Shown here one piece after another: positions 19,290 to 28,876 of a DNA stretch of 64,000 nucleotides. Under the pieces are notes generated by a model. It did not search any database. It worked only from the letters and a program-made list of their open reading frames with translations, and had not been told where the DNA came from. The stretch comes from Oscillospiraceae bacterium (GTDB lineage: Bacteria; Bacillota; Clostridia; Oscillospirales; CAG-272): positions 1,618 to 65,617 of the forward strand of contig SVRM01000002.1 of NCBI GenBank assembly GCA_015064785.1, written 5' to 3'. A program made the translations under genes and the position numbers. Numbering within the stretch: position 1 is the first letter of the stretch; every line of letters starts with the position of its first letter.

Positions 19290-20768
19290 TTATGCCATCG
19301 GATTTTCGGTGGGATAGCGGCAGCACTTGGGCTGATTATAAGCAATGTCCGCAATGCCGAAATACTTGAAGACTTCAAACAAGGACTTGCCGACATGGTC
19401 AAACGCAACGGCACCGTGGTGCGGATAGCGCTTTTCAATCAGCACATGGCGGTAGAAGCGTGCCATTTCGGGAATCGCAAAAACACCGATGCCGCCGAAG
19501 GAACGGGTCGCAACAGGGAGAACCTCACCCTGTGCAATGTACGCACGGAGAACACCTTCGCTGTCGCACTGCAGACGGTAGAACGTGATCGGGGATGCCG
19601 CGATGTCACCCTCGAGTGTTCCGCGCGTGAAATCGGGGTCACTGCCTGCGGGTTCAAGGAGACGGTGCTGAATCAGCTGATACTTGACCGCACGGTCAGC
19701 GCACATCTTGCAGGACGGCGTGTTGCCGCAGTGGAAGCCCATGAACGTATCGGTCAGCGCATAGTCAAACTTGCCGGCAATATCTTCATTGTAAAGATAC
19801 TTCGGCACGGAATTGTTAATGTCGAGCAGGGTCACCGCATCACCTGTGATGCAGGAGCCGATGAACTCGGACAGCGCACCGTAGATATCAACCTCGCAGG
19901 CGACCGGAATACCGCGGGAAGCAAGACGCGAGTTGACGTAGCAAGGCTCAAATCCGAATTGCTCGGGGAATGCAGGCCAGCACTTATCGGCAAAGCAAAC
20001 GTACTGTCTTGCACCCTTGTGTGCTTCTGCCCAGTCAAGCAGCGTCAGCTCAAACTGTGCCATGCGCGGGAGCAGCTCCGGATAGCAGTTGCCGCACGCA
20101 CCGAGCTCACCTGCCATATCGGCACAGACATCGGGAATACGCGGATCGTTTTCGTGTGCTTTGTAGGAAACCAGCAGATCAAGCTCGGAGTTTTCTTCAA
20201 TTTCTACGCCAAGCTCGTAAAGCCCCTTGATTGGCGCGTTGCAGGCAAAGAAGTCCTGCGGACGCGGACCGAATGTGATGATCTTCAGACCCTTCACGCC
20301 GAGAATCGCGCGTGCAATCGGCAGAAATTCGCGGATCATGCCGGCACATTCGTCCGCATCTCCGACGGGATATTCCGGGATGTATGCACGCAGATGGCGC
20401 ATACCGAGATTGTAGGAGCAGTTGAGCATACCGCAGTACGCATCCCCTCTGCCGTTGATGAGATCACCGTCGCCCTCTGCTGCGGCAATGTACATAACAG
20501 GGCCGTCGAACTTCTCGCAAAGCAGCGTTTCCGGTGTTTCGGGACCGAAGTTGCCAAGGAACACAACCAGCGCATTGCATCCTGCCGTGCGTACATCATC
20601 CAATGCTTTCACCGCGTCCAGTTCGTTTTCAACCGTGACAGGACACTCATACAAGCCCTCTCCATAGGCGGAAACAATCGCATGACGGCGGGTTTCGGAG
20701 AGGGTAATCGGAAAACAGTCGCGGGAGACCGCGATGATGCCGGGTTTTATTTGTGGAATCTGAAACAT
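19290..20768 (-). CDS. L-fucose/L-arabinose isomerase family protein
   Basis: 492 aa. N-terminal swivel-domain pattern (IIAVSRDCFP...GCNALVVFLGNFGPE) and a C-terminal barrel resemble FucI-family proteins. Confidence 0.6.
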   Translation of the reverse strand: MFQIPQIKPGIIAVSRDCFPITLSETRRHAIVSAYGEGLYECPVTVENELDAVKALDDVRTAGCNALVVFLGNFGPETPETLLCEKFDGPVMYIAAAEGDGDLINGRGDAYCGMLNCSYNLGMRHLRAYIPEYPVGDADECAGMIREFLPIARAILGVKGLKIITFGPRPQDFFACNAPIKGLYELGVEIEENSELDLLVSYKAHENDPRIPDVCADMAGELGACGNCYPELLPRMAQFELTLLDWAEAHKGARQYVCFADKCWPAFPEQFGFEPCYVNSRLASRGIPVACEVDIYGALSEFIGSCITGDAVTLLDINNSVPKYLYNEDIAGKFDYALTDTFMGFHCGNTPSCKMCADRAVKYQLIQHRLLEPAGSDPDFTRGTLEGDIAASPITFYRLQCDSEGVLRAYIAQGEVLPVATRSFGGIGVFAIPEMARFYRHVLIEKRYPHHGAVAFDHVGKSLFEVFKYFGIADIAYNQPKCCRYPTENPMA

Positions 20769-20801
20769 GGAAAATCTCCTTTTTATATGATTATTTTTTA
20801 T

Positions 20802-21938
20802 TTACAGGTTTAATGCATCATAGACGAGATCACGGATGACAGCATGGTCGGAGCCGATGCAGTTTGGCCATGCCAGAACGTGCATTGCAAAAAAGATTGA
20901 GAGATGATTGGTATCGTCGCACATGACATAGGAGCCTGCCGCACCGTCCCAGCCGAATTCTCCGATGGGACTTCTCTGTCCTTCGTTCTGGTTCAGGCGT
21001 GTGCGGACACCAAAGCCGTAGCCGTATCCGGGACCCGCCGCACAGGAGAACGTGCCGTCCATCGTATAGGTCGGGAGCTGGTCGGTGTGCAGGTATTTGA
21101 CCGTTTCCGGCTTTAAGAAACGATAACCGTTTGCCGCTGTACCGCCGCATGCCATCGTGTCGGCAAAGCGCGCATAGTCCGCAGCGGAACAGATCAGTCC
21201 CGCACCGCCCGATTCATAATTGTCTGTCAGACGGAAGGAGTTATTCTGTCCTGCACGGGTGACGATGCCTGCGCTGTTTGATGCATACTGTGCAGCAAGA
21301 CGTGCAATGACATCATCGGAATTCTCAAAGGTACTGTCCTTCATGCCGATCGGATCAAAGATCACCGTTTTCAGATATTCGGAGAAACGCATACCGGATG
21401 CGATTTCAACAACCGCCGCCAGAATGTCGTGGCAGATCGAATACTGGAAGCGGGAGCCCGGTGTGAACAAAAGTGGCTTTTTGGCAAACTGATCGACGAT
21501 CTCGAGCGTGATGGCGTGTGGATTTTTCGCAATCAGAGCATTGACTTCATCTGTACGCATATTATAATCAAACCCGCCGCTCATCGTAAAGAGATGACGG
21601 ACAAGAAGCGGTTTTTCGGGTGCGTTCAGCTTACCGTCGATATTCTGTCTGACATCGGCAAACGCCGGCAGATAGTCGGACACGGGCGCGTCAAGGTCGA
21701 GCTTTCCCTCCTCCCACAGCCGCATACCGGACGATACCGTAAGTACCTTTGTGCAGGAATACATATAATAAAGGTGGTTTTCCGTCAGCGGAATCTGCGC
21801 TTCGCGGTCAGAATAGCCGCAGATATGACGGTAAAGCAATTCATGGTCGCGGTAAATGAGAATATCGCATCCGGGAACACCGTGTTTTTTACAGACGGTG
21901 TCTTCCATATAACGGGCAATCTTTGAAAAATCGTTCAT
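20802..21938 (-). CDS. serine hydrolase, beta-lactamase/transpeptidase-like (class C/EstB family)
   Basis: SxxK motif (YSCTKVLT) near the N-terminus; ~380 aa; RBS GGGAGGATG. Confidence 0.8.
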   Translation of the reverse strand: MNDFSKIARYMEDTVCKKHGVPGCDILIYRDHELLYRHICGYSDREAQIPLTENHLYYMYSCTKVLTVSSGMRLWEEGKLDLDAPVSDYLPAFADVRQNIDGKLNAPEKPLLVRHLFTMSGGFDYNMRTDEVNALIAKNPHAITLEIVDQFAKKPLLFTPGSRFQYSICHDILAAVVEIASGMRFSEYLKTVIFDPIGMKDSTFENSDDVIARLAAQYASNSAGIVTRAGQNNSFRLTDNYESGGAGLICSAADYARFADTMACGGTAANGYRFLKPETVKYLHTDQLPTYTMDGTFSCAAGPGYGYGFGVRTRLNQNEGQRSPIGEFGWDGAAGSYVMCDDTNHLSIFFAMHVLAWPNCIGSDHAVIRDLVYDALNL

Positions 21939-21958
21939 CGGCTCATCCTCCCAAAACC

Positions 21959-22996
21959 TTACTTCTGTTCATGCTTTTTTGCCGCGTCGGCAATCGCACG
22001 GACAAGCTCGCCGGAATTGTCTTCATTGAATTCCCAGAACATGATACCGCCAAGTCCGCGGTTATAGACAAAATCGACCTTGTCGGCAAGTGCCTGTGCG
22101 TCATCGTAAATGATGATCTTTTTCCCGTTATACAGATACGGTGCATGCGCCCGATCATCCCAATAACGGATGTAACCCTCGTCACTGTCCATCATCCCAC
22201 GGATGCGGCTGTAGCTGAGATTCTTTGCGCGTGTGAAGTTTTCGGTCTGTCCGAGCGGATGATCTCCCTCGATTTCGTAGCTGTGACCGTAGAACGCGCC
22301 GCCGATGACGAGCTTGTCTGTGTCAATGCCGCACGCATGATAAGTTTCCACTGATTTCTCGGCACTCAAGCCCCCCTCATATTCCCCGGACGGATAGAGA
22401 TTGGAATGATGCGTCACGCGATCCCATTCCTTCATATCATACGTCATCAGATTGACATAATCGACGATGGTATTGATCTTTTCCAGTTCGATGTCCCCCG
22501 GAAAGATATCTCCCGCACCGACCGCGATGGAAAGCAGATAGTGCTCGCCTGTCTTTTCGGTTTCTTTGTCAAGGTGCGCACGCAGCGTCTGCAAGAGCCG
22601 TGTGAAATTGACCTTATCGTCGGGAGACGATGCAATGTCAGCAAACGAACGGCAGGGATATTCCCAGTCGATATCGAGCCCCTTGAAGCCGTGACGGTGC
22701 ATCAGTTCCACCGCAGTACGGGCAAAAAGCTGTCTGCCCTCTTCGGTAGAGGCAGCTTCCGAAAATCCGCCCGCGCCCCATCCGCCGATGGAAATGATAA
22801 ACGTGAGTTCCGGATACTGACGGATGGCTTCGTCAAGGTCTTTACCGTGCGACCAGTGCGCATCGGAAACTGCTCCGTCTTTCACGAGTGCAAAGGAATA
22901 ATTGACATGGGTCAGACATGCGGCGGTTTCGGCTGTCAGTCCGATCCATCCCCAGTCAGACAGGTAAGCCGCAATCATTTTACTGCAAGGTTTCAT
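21959..22996 (-). CDS. glycoside hydrolase family 18 (chitinase/endo-beta-N-acetylglucosaminidase-like)
   Basis: DxxDxDxE catalytic motif (FKGLDIDWEYP). No signal peptide. Confidence 0.85.
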   Translation of the reverse strand: MKPCSKMIAAYLSDWGWIGLTAETAACLTHVNYSFALVKDGAVSDAHWSHGKDLDEAIRQYPELTFIISIGGWGAGGFSEAASTEEGRQLFARTAVELMHRHGFKGLDIDWEYPCRSFADIASSPDDKVNFTRLLQTLRAHLDKETEKTGEHYLLSIAVGAGDIFPGDIELEKINTIVDYVNLMTYDMKEWDRVTHHSNLYPSGEYEGGLSAEKSVETYHACGIDTDKLVIGGAFYGHSYEIEGDHPLGQTENFTRAKNLSYSRIRGMMDSDEGYIRYWDDRAHAPYLYNGKKIIIYDDAQALADKVDFVYNRGLGGIMFWEFNEDNSGELVRAIADAAKKHEQK

Positions 22997-23109
22997 TGTC
23001 GCTTTTCGTGTCAGACGACATGAGTTGATTTTTCTGCCGCCGACACATCTCCTTTTTTCTTCATTATAGCATATCTGTACGCCGATTGCAAGAAAATCGT
23101 GAAATTTTC

Positions 23110-23138
23110 TTGACGGATTTTGCGCATTGTGTTATAAT
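23110..23138 (+). promoter_or_regulatory. sigma-A type promoter
   Basis: TTGACG (23110-15), 17-nt spacer, TATAAT (23133-38). Confidence 0.5.
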
Positions 23139-23173
23139 GAAACCGGATAACAAATCGAGAACGAGGTGCCGAT

Positions 23174-24460
23174 ATGAGCCATTCCATTACCTTTACCAAA
23201 ACCCTCACTGCAAAAAAACATTACGATGTCATTGTTGCCGGCGGCGGTGTTGCCGGTGTCGCAGCGGCAGTCTCTGCGGCAAAGTACGGCAGATCGGTTC
23301 TGCTGCTGGAAAAATCGAACATTTTAGGCGGTCTTGCCACATTGGGACTGGTCAATCTGTTTGTGCCGATGTGCAACGGACGCGGCAAGCAGATCATTTT
23401 CGGTCTTGCCGAAAAATGGCTGCGAGAATCTGCCCTCTACGGCTTTGACACGATTCCCGCACCGTGGAAAAACGGTGAACCGAAGGAACCGACCGGTGTG
23501 CGGTACTGTCAGCGGTATTCCCCGTATATCTTTGCTCTGCAGATGACAGAGGAGGTCAGCCGTGCCGGTGTCGATCTGCTCTTTGACTGCATTGCCTCTT
23601 ATCCGGACATGGAGGGGGAACACTGCCGCGGCATCATCACCGATTCCAAATCTGGGCTGGAATACTACACCTGCGGGATGTTTGTTGATACAACAGGAGA
23701 CGCTGACATTCTGCGCCGATCCGGGATGCCGACTGTTCCCGGAGAAAACTTTTACTCCTATTTCGGCAAGTCTCTGACGCTGGACGGATGCCGCCGCGCT
23801 GTAGAAACCGGCGATATTGGCAATGCCTACGGCTGGGTGTCGGGCGGCAATATCAACCTCTACGGCGACAATCAACCCGACGACATTCCGAGATGGTCGG
23901 GTCTGACGGTGGAGGAAGTCTCCGATTATCTTATCCGCAATCAGCTGAAAATGCTGGATTCTATCCGCGGACAGGACAGAAAATCACGTGACATCGCACA
24001 GATGCCGCTGATGCCCAACTTCCGCACAACCTGCCGCATCGACGGCGATTATACCATGACCATCAAGGAAGACGTCTATCGCCATCATGAAGACTCCGTC
24101 TGTGCCATCAACGACTTTGATCACCGTGATTATCTGTATGAGGTTCCGCTCCGTGCGCTGACCCGCCGCGGTTTTGATAATATGATTACCGCCGGTCGCT
24201 CGGCATCCGGCAAGGGCTACGCATGGGATGTCCTGCGCGTCATTCCGCCGGCAATTCTGACCGGACAAGCGGCAGGTGCGGCGGCAGCACTCGCACTGGA
24301 AGAAAAAACAGCGATCACCGATATCTCAGTCAAAACCCTGCAAAAACGCCTTGAGGATGACAACATGATGATTCACTTCCCCGACGAATATGTCCCAGAG
24401 GACAGAACCGTCATCATCCATGGCAACAACATGGACGGACATATTGAGGGGCATAACTAA
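23174..24460 (+). CDS. FAD-dependent oxidoreductase (FAD_oxidored family)
   Basis: Dinucleotide-binding YDVIVAGGGVAGVAAAVSAAKYGRSVLLLEK. Confidence 0.8.
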   Translation: MSHSITFTKTLTAKKHYDVIVAGGGVAGVAAAVSAAKYGRSVLLLEKSNILGGLATLGLVNLFVPMCNGRGKQIIFGLAEKWLRESALYGFDTIPAPWKNGEPKEPTGVRYCQRYSPYIFALQMTEEVSRAGVDLLFDCIASYPDMEGEHCRGIITDSKSGLEYYTCGMFVDTTGDADILRRSGMPTVPGENFYSYFGKSLTLDGCRRAVETGDIGNAYGWVSGGNINLYGDNQPDDIPRWSGLTVEEVSDYLIRNQLKMLDSIRGQDRKSRDIAQMPLMPNFRTTCRIDGDYTMTIKEDVYRHHEDSVCAINDFDHRDYLYEVPLRALTRRGFDNMITAGRSASGKGYAWDVLRVIPPAILTGQAAGAAAALALEEKTAITDISVKTLQKRLEDDNMMIHFPDEYVPEDRTVIIHGNNMDGHIEGHN

Positions 24461-24465
24461 AAAAC

Positions 24466-24521
24466 AAGACAGATCATTTCCCGGGAAATAACCGGTCGGT
24501 GGTCTGTCTTTTCGATTTTTT
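24466..24521 (+). terminator. hairpin terminator
   Basis: AAGACAGA (24466-73) pairs with TCTGTCTT (24503-10). The loop contains the palindrome TTTCCCGGGAAA. Followed by TTCGATTTTTT. Confidence 0.5.
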
Positions 24522-24546
24522 GTTATAAGCATGGATGTGTTGGTAT

Positions 24547-24679
24547 TGTAGGGACAGGCGTCCCCGACTGTCCCTTGCAGGCGTCCCCGACTGTCCGTGA
24601 CAAGCATTTGTCACGATAGGCATGTCCCCGACTGTCCGTGACAAGCATATGTCACGATGGGCATGTTCCCGTCTGTCCC
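24547..24679. repeat. REP-like hairpin/tandem repeat cluster
   Basis: GTCCCCGACTGTCC at 24560, 24583 and 24624, plus degenerate GTTCCCGTCTGTCC at 24665. Two 41-bp tandem units (24583-24623, 24624-24664), each containing a GTGACAA...TTGTCAC hairpin. Leading TGTAGGGACAG...CTGTCCC hairpin. Confidence 0.75.
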
Positions 24680-24710
24680 TGCGTCATAAGAGAGAATACC
24701 GACACAAGGC

Positions 24711-25643
24711 TCAGAGCTTCTTCTCTCCCATGAAATACTTCATGGACACCTTGTATCCCGCACGGCCGTACATCGGGATAATTTCGGTATAGGTGTAACC
24801 GAGATAGCCGTGCGACATACCCTGTTCTTTCAGATACATCGTTCCGGCTTTGACCATGTTGGTCGCAATGCCGCGTCCCTGATACGATGCGCGCGTCGAG
24901 GTACAGCCGACAGAGCCAAGTCCCGCCGCCTCGCCGCCTGCCGTAACAAGGAGTGCGCCGCATACCTTACCGTTTCCATTTTCGGCAATCAGCACACGGT
25001 CACCGCCCTCACAGCGGTACGGTTCAGGATTGCGGTAATACTGGACAAAGTGATCGAGTGCTTCTGCCACACAGTCTACTGTTTTTTCAAGATCGTCAGG
25101 TGCGGCAAACCGGTAGGTCATGCGATTGTCGGGATCGTCCGGATCAAGATCGAGCTTCTTCGATTTTGCGGGTACCGTATCGCCGATTTTGATGCCAAGG
25201 TCGGAAATATCGTTCATATCGAGCATCATGTCGACACATTCGCCGTCACCCCATGTATGGACATACCCGCGTTTTTCAAGGAAGGCACGGTTTTTCTCGT
25301 AGCCGGGGAATTCCATCGGTGCGCCAGGGGTCAGATACATGCGTCCTGCCGAAAGTAAAACCGTTTCGTGACCAGCGGAACGGATGGCTTCCTCGCATTC
25401 CTCAAACAATGCAGAACCGATGCCCTGTCCGCGATAATCGGGATGTACGCACAGCATCAGAATGTGGTTGCTGTAATAGACAGCAGCACCGATCAGTGTG
25501 TCGCCGTCAAAGCGGGTAATGTACTTATTTTCCTCATCAGACAGCGTATGACGGACACTGCTCTCCGAGCGGACAATGCCTGGGTAGCAGAGACGGAATA
25601 ATGCAGTCAGCTTCTCAATCATGTTGTTTTTCTCCTTTTTCAT
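24711..25643 (-). CDS. GNAT family N-acetyltransferase (two acetyltransferase domains)
   Basis: Two acetyl-CoA binding blocks: VHPDYRGQGIGSALF and TRASYQGRGIATNMV. Confidence 0.75.
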   Translation of the reverse strand: MKKEKNNMIEKLTALFRLCYPGIVRSESSVRHTLSDEENKYITRFDGDTLIGAAVYYSNHILMLCVHPDYRGQGIGSALFEECEEAIRSAGHETVLLSAGRMYLTPGAPMEFPGYEKNRAFLEKRGYVHTWGDGECVDMMLDMNDISDLGIKIGDTVPAKSKKLDLDPDDPDNRMTYRFAAPDDLEKTVDCVAEALDHFVQYYRNPEPYRCEGGDRVLIAENGNGKVCGALLVTAGGEAAGLGSVGCTSTRASYQGRGIATNMVKAGTMYLKEQGMSHGYLGYTYTEIIPMYGRAGYKVSMKYFMGEKKL

Positions 25644-25745
25644 GTTTTCTTTATTGTATCACATTCCGATCTAAAACGCAAGACCTTTTCCAAAAGGATC
25701 CTTTACTATGAAAAGCTTAAATTTTCAGAAATTTCCACTACCTAC

Positions 25746-25774
25746 TTGCAAATTTCCCGGAAGGATAGTATAAT
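25746..25774 (+). promoter_or_regulatory. sigma-A type promoter for the nagB cluster
   Basis: TTGCAA (25746-51), 17-nt spacer, TATAAT (25769-74). Confidence 0.5.
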
Positions 25775-25810
25775 ATAAAAAAGAAATTCTTATTTGGAAA
25801 GGAAAAGATT

Positions 25811-26580
25811 ATGAGTTTATGTAAAGAACTGACCGCAGATTCCCTGTGTGTCCGCGTTTATGAAACCCGCCGTGCCATGGGTGATGCCGCCGGAGCCTGT
25901 GCGGCTGCACATCTCCGCACACTGCTTGCAGAAAAAGATGAGGTCAACGTCATCTTTGCCGCAGCACCGTCACAGAATGAAATGGTGGAAGCCCTTGTTG
26001 CCGCAACTGACATCGACTGGACACGCGTCAACGCCTTTCACATGGACGAGTACATCGGACTTCCGCCGACGCACCGCAGGGATTCGGCAACTTCCTTAAC
26101 AACTGCCTGTTTTCAAAGGTTCCGTTCAAGGCAGTCTACCGCATTGACTGCTCTGCAACAGACGCTGCGGCAGAATGTGCGCGCTACACCGCGCTTCTGA
26201 AAGCATTCCCGACCGACCTTGTTTGTCTCGGTATTGGTGAGAACGGTCACATCGCATTCAACGACCCCGGCTTTGCATTCTTTGATGACCCCGAGGTCGT
26301 CAAGGTCGTCAAGCTCGATGAGGTCTGCCGTATGCAGCAGGTACACGACGGATGCTTTGCGTCGCTTGACGAGGTTCCGACCCACGCACTGACACTGACC
26401 GTTCCGACACTTGCCAACGCGCCGCATCTGGTATGCACCGTTCCCGCACCGACCAAGCGCGAAGCTGTCGCCAAGACTGTTCTCGGTCCTATCACCGAGG
26501 ATGTTCCGGCTACCGTTATGCGCCGTCACGCCGACTGCGTCATGTTCTGTGACCGTGACAGCGGCGCCGATCTTTTGTAA
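25811..26580 (+). pseudogene. nagB: glucosamine-6-phosphate deaminase, interrupted by a 1-nt frameshift
   Basis: N-terminal part (…NAFHMDEYIGLPPTH) is in the frame of ATG 25811. The continuation PQGFGNFLNN…LGIGENGHIAFNDPG…VPTHALTLTVP runs in the -1 frame to the stop at 26580. The junction is at CC 26074-75, where CCC is expected. Confidence 0.8.
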
Positions 26581-26623
26581 TTTCATTTGAGCTAATTTAT
26601 ATATTCAGAAAGGAAACCACATC

Positions 26624-27688
26624 ATGAAAAAATTCAGAGTTGCCATTATCGGCTACGGTCGTTCCGGTCAGGACATCCACGGAAAATTCTTTGCATCCGA
26701 GAACAATGACAAATACGAAGTTGTTGCGGTTGTCGATGCGCTTGATTTTCGCCGAGAACAGGCAAAGGCACGCTTTGGCTGCGAGGTCTTCGCCGATTAT
26801 CATGAAATTCTCGACAGAAAAGATATCGACCTCGTTGTCAACGCGACCTATTCCTACCAGCACTACCCTGTCGCACTCGATTTCCTGAAGGCAGGCTTCA
26901 ACGTCGTCTCCGAAAAGCCCTTTGCCGTTCATGCCGACGACTGCCAGGCAATGATCGATGCAGCTGCTGAAAACAACGTCATGCTCTGCGTCTTCCAGCA
27001 GTCTCACTTTGCACCGTATGCAAAGCGCATCCGTGAGATTCTCGCATCCGGTGTTCTCGGACGGATCGCCATGATCAAGATTCAGTTCTCCGGCTGGGCA
27101 CGCCGTTGGGACTGGCAGTGCTCCCAGCGCTTCGGCGGCGGCTGTCTGCGCAATACCGGTCCGCACCCGTTTGAACAGGCACTCGATCTGCTGGACTCCG
27201 ATGAAATGCCGCAGGTTGTTTCCCGTCTGGATATCGTCAACTCCTACGGTGACGCAGAGGACTTCTGCAAGGCTCTGCTGCTGATGCCCGGAAAGCCCGT
27301 CATCGATGTCGAAATCTCCTCCTGCAATGCATATGCAGACTTTACCTACAACATTCAGGGACAGTACGGTTCTCTGAAAGCAACCATGGCAGCGATCGAT
27401 TATAAGTACTATAACCCCGCAGACGTTGAAGAACCCAAGCTCAACCTCGAATCTCTGCGCGGTGCAAACAACGAACCGAGATACTGCGGCGAAACCCTGC
27501 CGTGGAAGGTGGAGCATGAAGACCTCACCGGCAGTGCATTTGACACAGCAGTCAAGGCATACTATGACAACATCTACGACCATCTGACCACCGGTGCCGA
27601 GCTTGTCATCAAGCCCGCAAAGATCAAGCAGATGATTGCTGTTATGGAAGAAATCCACCGCCAGAATCCCCTGCCCGAAAAGTACTGA
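26624..27688 (+). CDS. Gfo/Idh/MocA family oxidoreductase
   Basis: Rossmann N-terminus MKKFRVAIIGYGRSG and the EKP motif (VVSEKPFAV). Confidence 0.85.
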   Translation: MKKFRVAIIGYGRSGQDIHGKFFASENNDKYEVVAVVDALDFRREQAKARFGCEVFADYHEILDRKDIDLVVNATYSYQHYPVALDFLKAGFNVVSEKPFAVHADDCQAMIDAAAENNVMLCVFQQSHFAPYAKRIREILASGVLGRIAMIKIQFSGWARRWDWQCSQRFGGGCLRNTGPHPFEQALDLLDSDEMPQVVSRLDIVNSYGDAEDFCKALLLMPGKPVIDVEISSCNAYADFTYNIQGQYGSLKATMAAIDYKYYNPADVEEPKLNLESLRGANNEPRYCGETLPWKVEHEDLTGSAFDTAVKAYYDNIYDHLTTGAELVIKPAKIKQMIAVMEEIHRQNPLPEKY

Positions 27689-27689
27689 T

Positions 27690-28859
27690 ATGGCAATGAC
27701 GATCATCAAAAACGCGCGCATCATCCGTGACGGCAGTATCACGGACGGTGCGATTGCATACAAAAACGGGATTCTGACAGCACTTCCCGCCAATACCGAA
27801 GACTGTGAGATCATCGATGCACACGGCGCATACCTGTCTGCCGGCTTTATCGATCTGCATACACACGGCGGCGGCGGACATGACTTTCTGGACGGAACGG
27901 TTGAGGCGTTCCTCGGTGCAGCGGAGCTTCATGCCCGTTACGGCACCACCACGCTGCTTCCGACCGCAACGTCCGGTACCTATGAAGAAACCTGCGCGAT
28001 GTTTGATATTCTTGCACAGGCGCAGGCGCAGAATGAACGCGGCGCGGATATGCCAGGACTTCATCTGGAAGGTCCGTATTTTGCACCGGCACAGGCAGGC
28101 GCACAGGATCCCCGGTTTCTGAAAACGCCGAAGCCGGAAGAATATCTTCCGATTCTCAACTCCACCGATAAAGTTCTTCGCTGGTCGGCAGCCTGTGAGC
28201 TTGACGGGGCAATGGAGTTTGCCGATGCGTGCCGTGAACACGGTGTTCTCTGTGCCATCGGTCACTCGGATGCCGATCTTGCAACCGTCGAGGAAGCGCT
28301 GAAGCACGGCTTTACCCATCTGACACACCTGTACTCCGGTATGAGTACGGTACACCGCGTCAATGCTTACCGCGTCTGCGGTGTTGTTGAGGCTGGATAT
28401 CTGCTTGACGATCTGACTGTGGAAATCATCGCTGACGGCTGTCACCTGCCAAAGGGACTGCTTCAGATGATTTACCGCTTCATCGGTCCCGACCGTACCT
28501 GTCTTGTCACCGACTCCATGCGCGGCGCCGGTCTTCCCGACGGTGCCGAAAGTATTCTCGGCAGTCTGACAAACGGTCAGACAGTCATCATTGAAGACGG
28601 CGTTGCAAAGATGCCAGACCGCAAGGCATTTGCCGGAAGTGTTGCGACAACAGACCGCCTTCTGCGCACGATGGTCAATATTGCAGAAGTTCCGCTCTGT
28701 GACGCAGTTAAGATGCTGACCGAGACCCCCGCGAAGATTCAGAAGCTCTCTGACCGCGGTACACTCGATGAAGGCAAGCGTGCAGACATCGTTCTGTTCG
28801 ATGAAAATCTGCACGTCATCCGCACAGTTGTCGGCGGCAGAACGGTATTTGAAGTATAA
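27690..28859 (+). CDS. nagA: N-acetylglucosamine-6-phosphate deacetylase
   Basis: GFIDLHTHGGGGHDF metal-binding motif, HLEGPY, AIGHSDA. The ATG lies 1 nt after the upstream stop (TGATATG). Confidence 0.9.
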   Translation: MAMTIIKNARIIRDGSITDGAIAYKNGILTALPANTEDCEIIDAHGAYLSAGFIDLHTHGGGGHDFLDGTVEAFLGAAELHARYGTTTLLPTATSGTYEETCAMFDILAQAQAQNERGADMPGLHLEGPYFAPAQAGAQDPRFLKTPKPEEYLPILNSTDKVLRWSAACELDGAMEFADACREHGVLCAIGHSDADLATVEEALKHGFTHLTHLYSGMSTVHRVNAYRVCGVVEAGYLLDDLTVEIIADGCHLPKGLLQMIYRFIGPDRTCLVTDSMRGAGLPDGAESILGSLTNGQTVIIEDGVAKMPDRKAFAGSVATTDRLLRTMVNIAEVPLCDAVKMLTETPAKIQKLSDRGTLDEGKRADIVLFDENLHVIRTVVGGRTVFEV

Positions 28860-28876
28860 CGATAGGAGATCACAAT

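Noticed and set aside
19260-20813. 517-aa plus-strand ORF
   Set aside because: It is antisense to the FucI-family gene and begins inside the palindromic terminator region. It has no RBS and no recognisable domain.
24583-24678. Possible CRISPR array
   Set aside because: There are only 2-3 directly abutting 41-bp units with no unique spacers between them, and no cas genes in the window.
24326-24963. ORFs 24326-24607 (-) and 24652-24963 (-) crossing the repeat cluster
   Set aside because: They read through the tandem hairpin repeats or overlap the GNAT gene out of frame. They are artefacts of repeat sequence.
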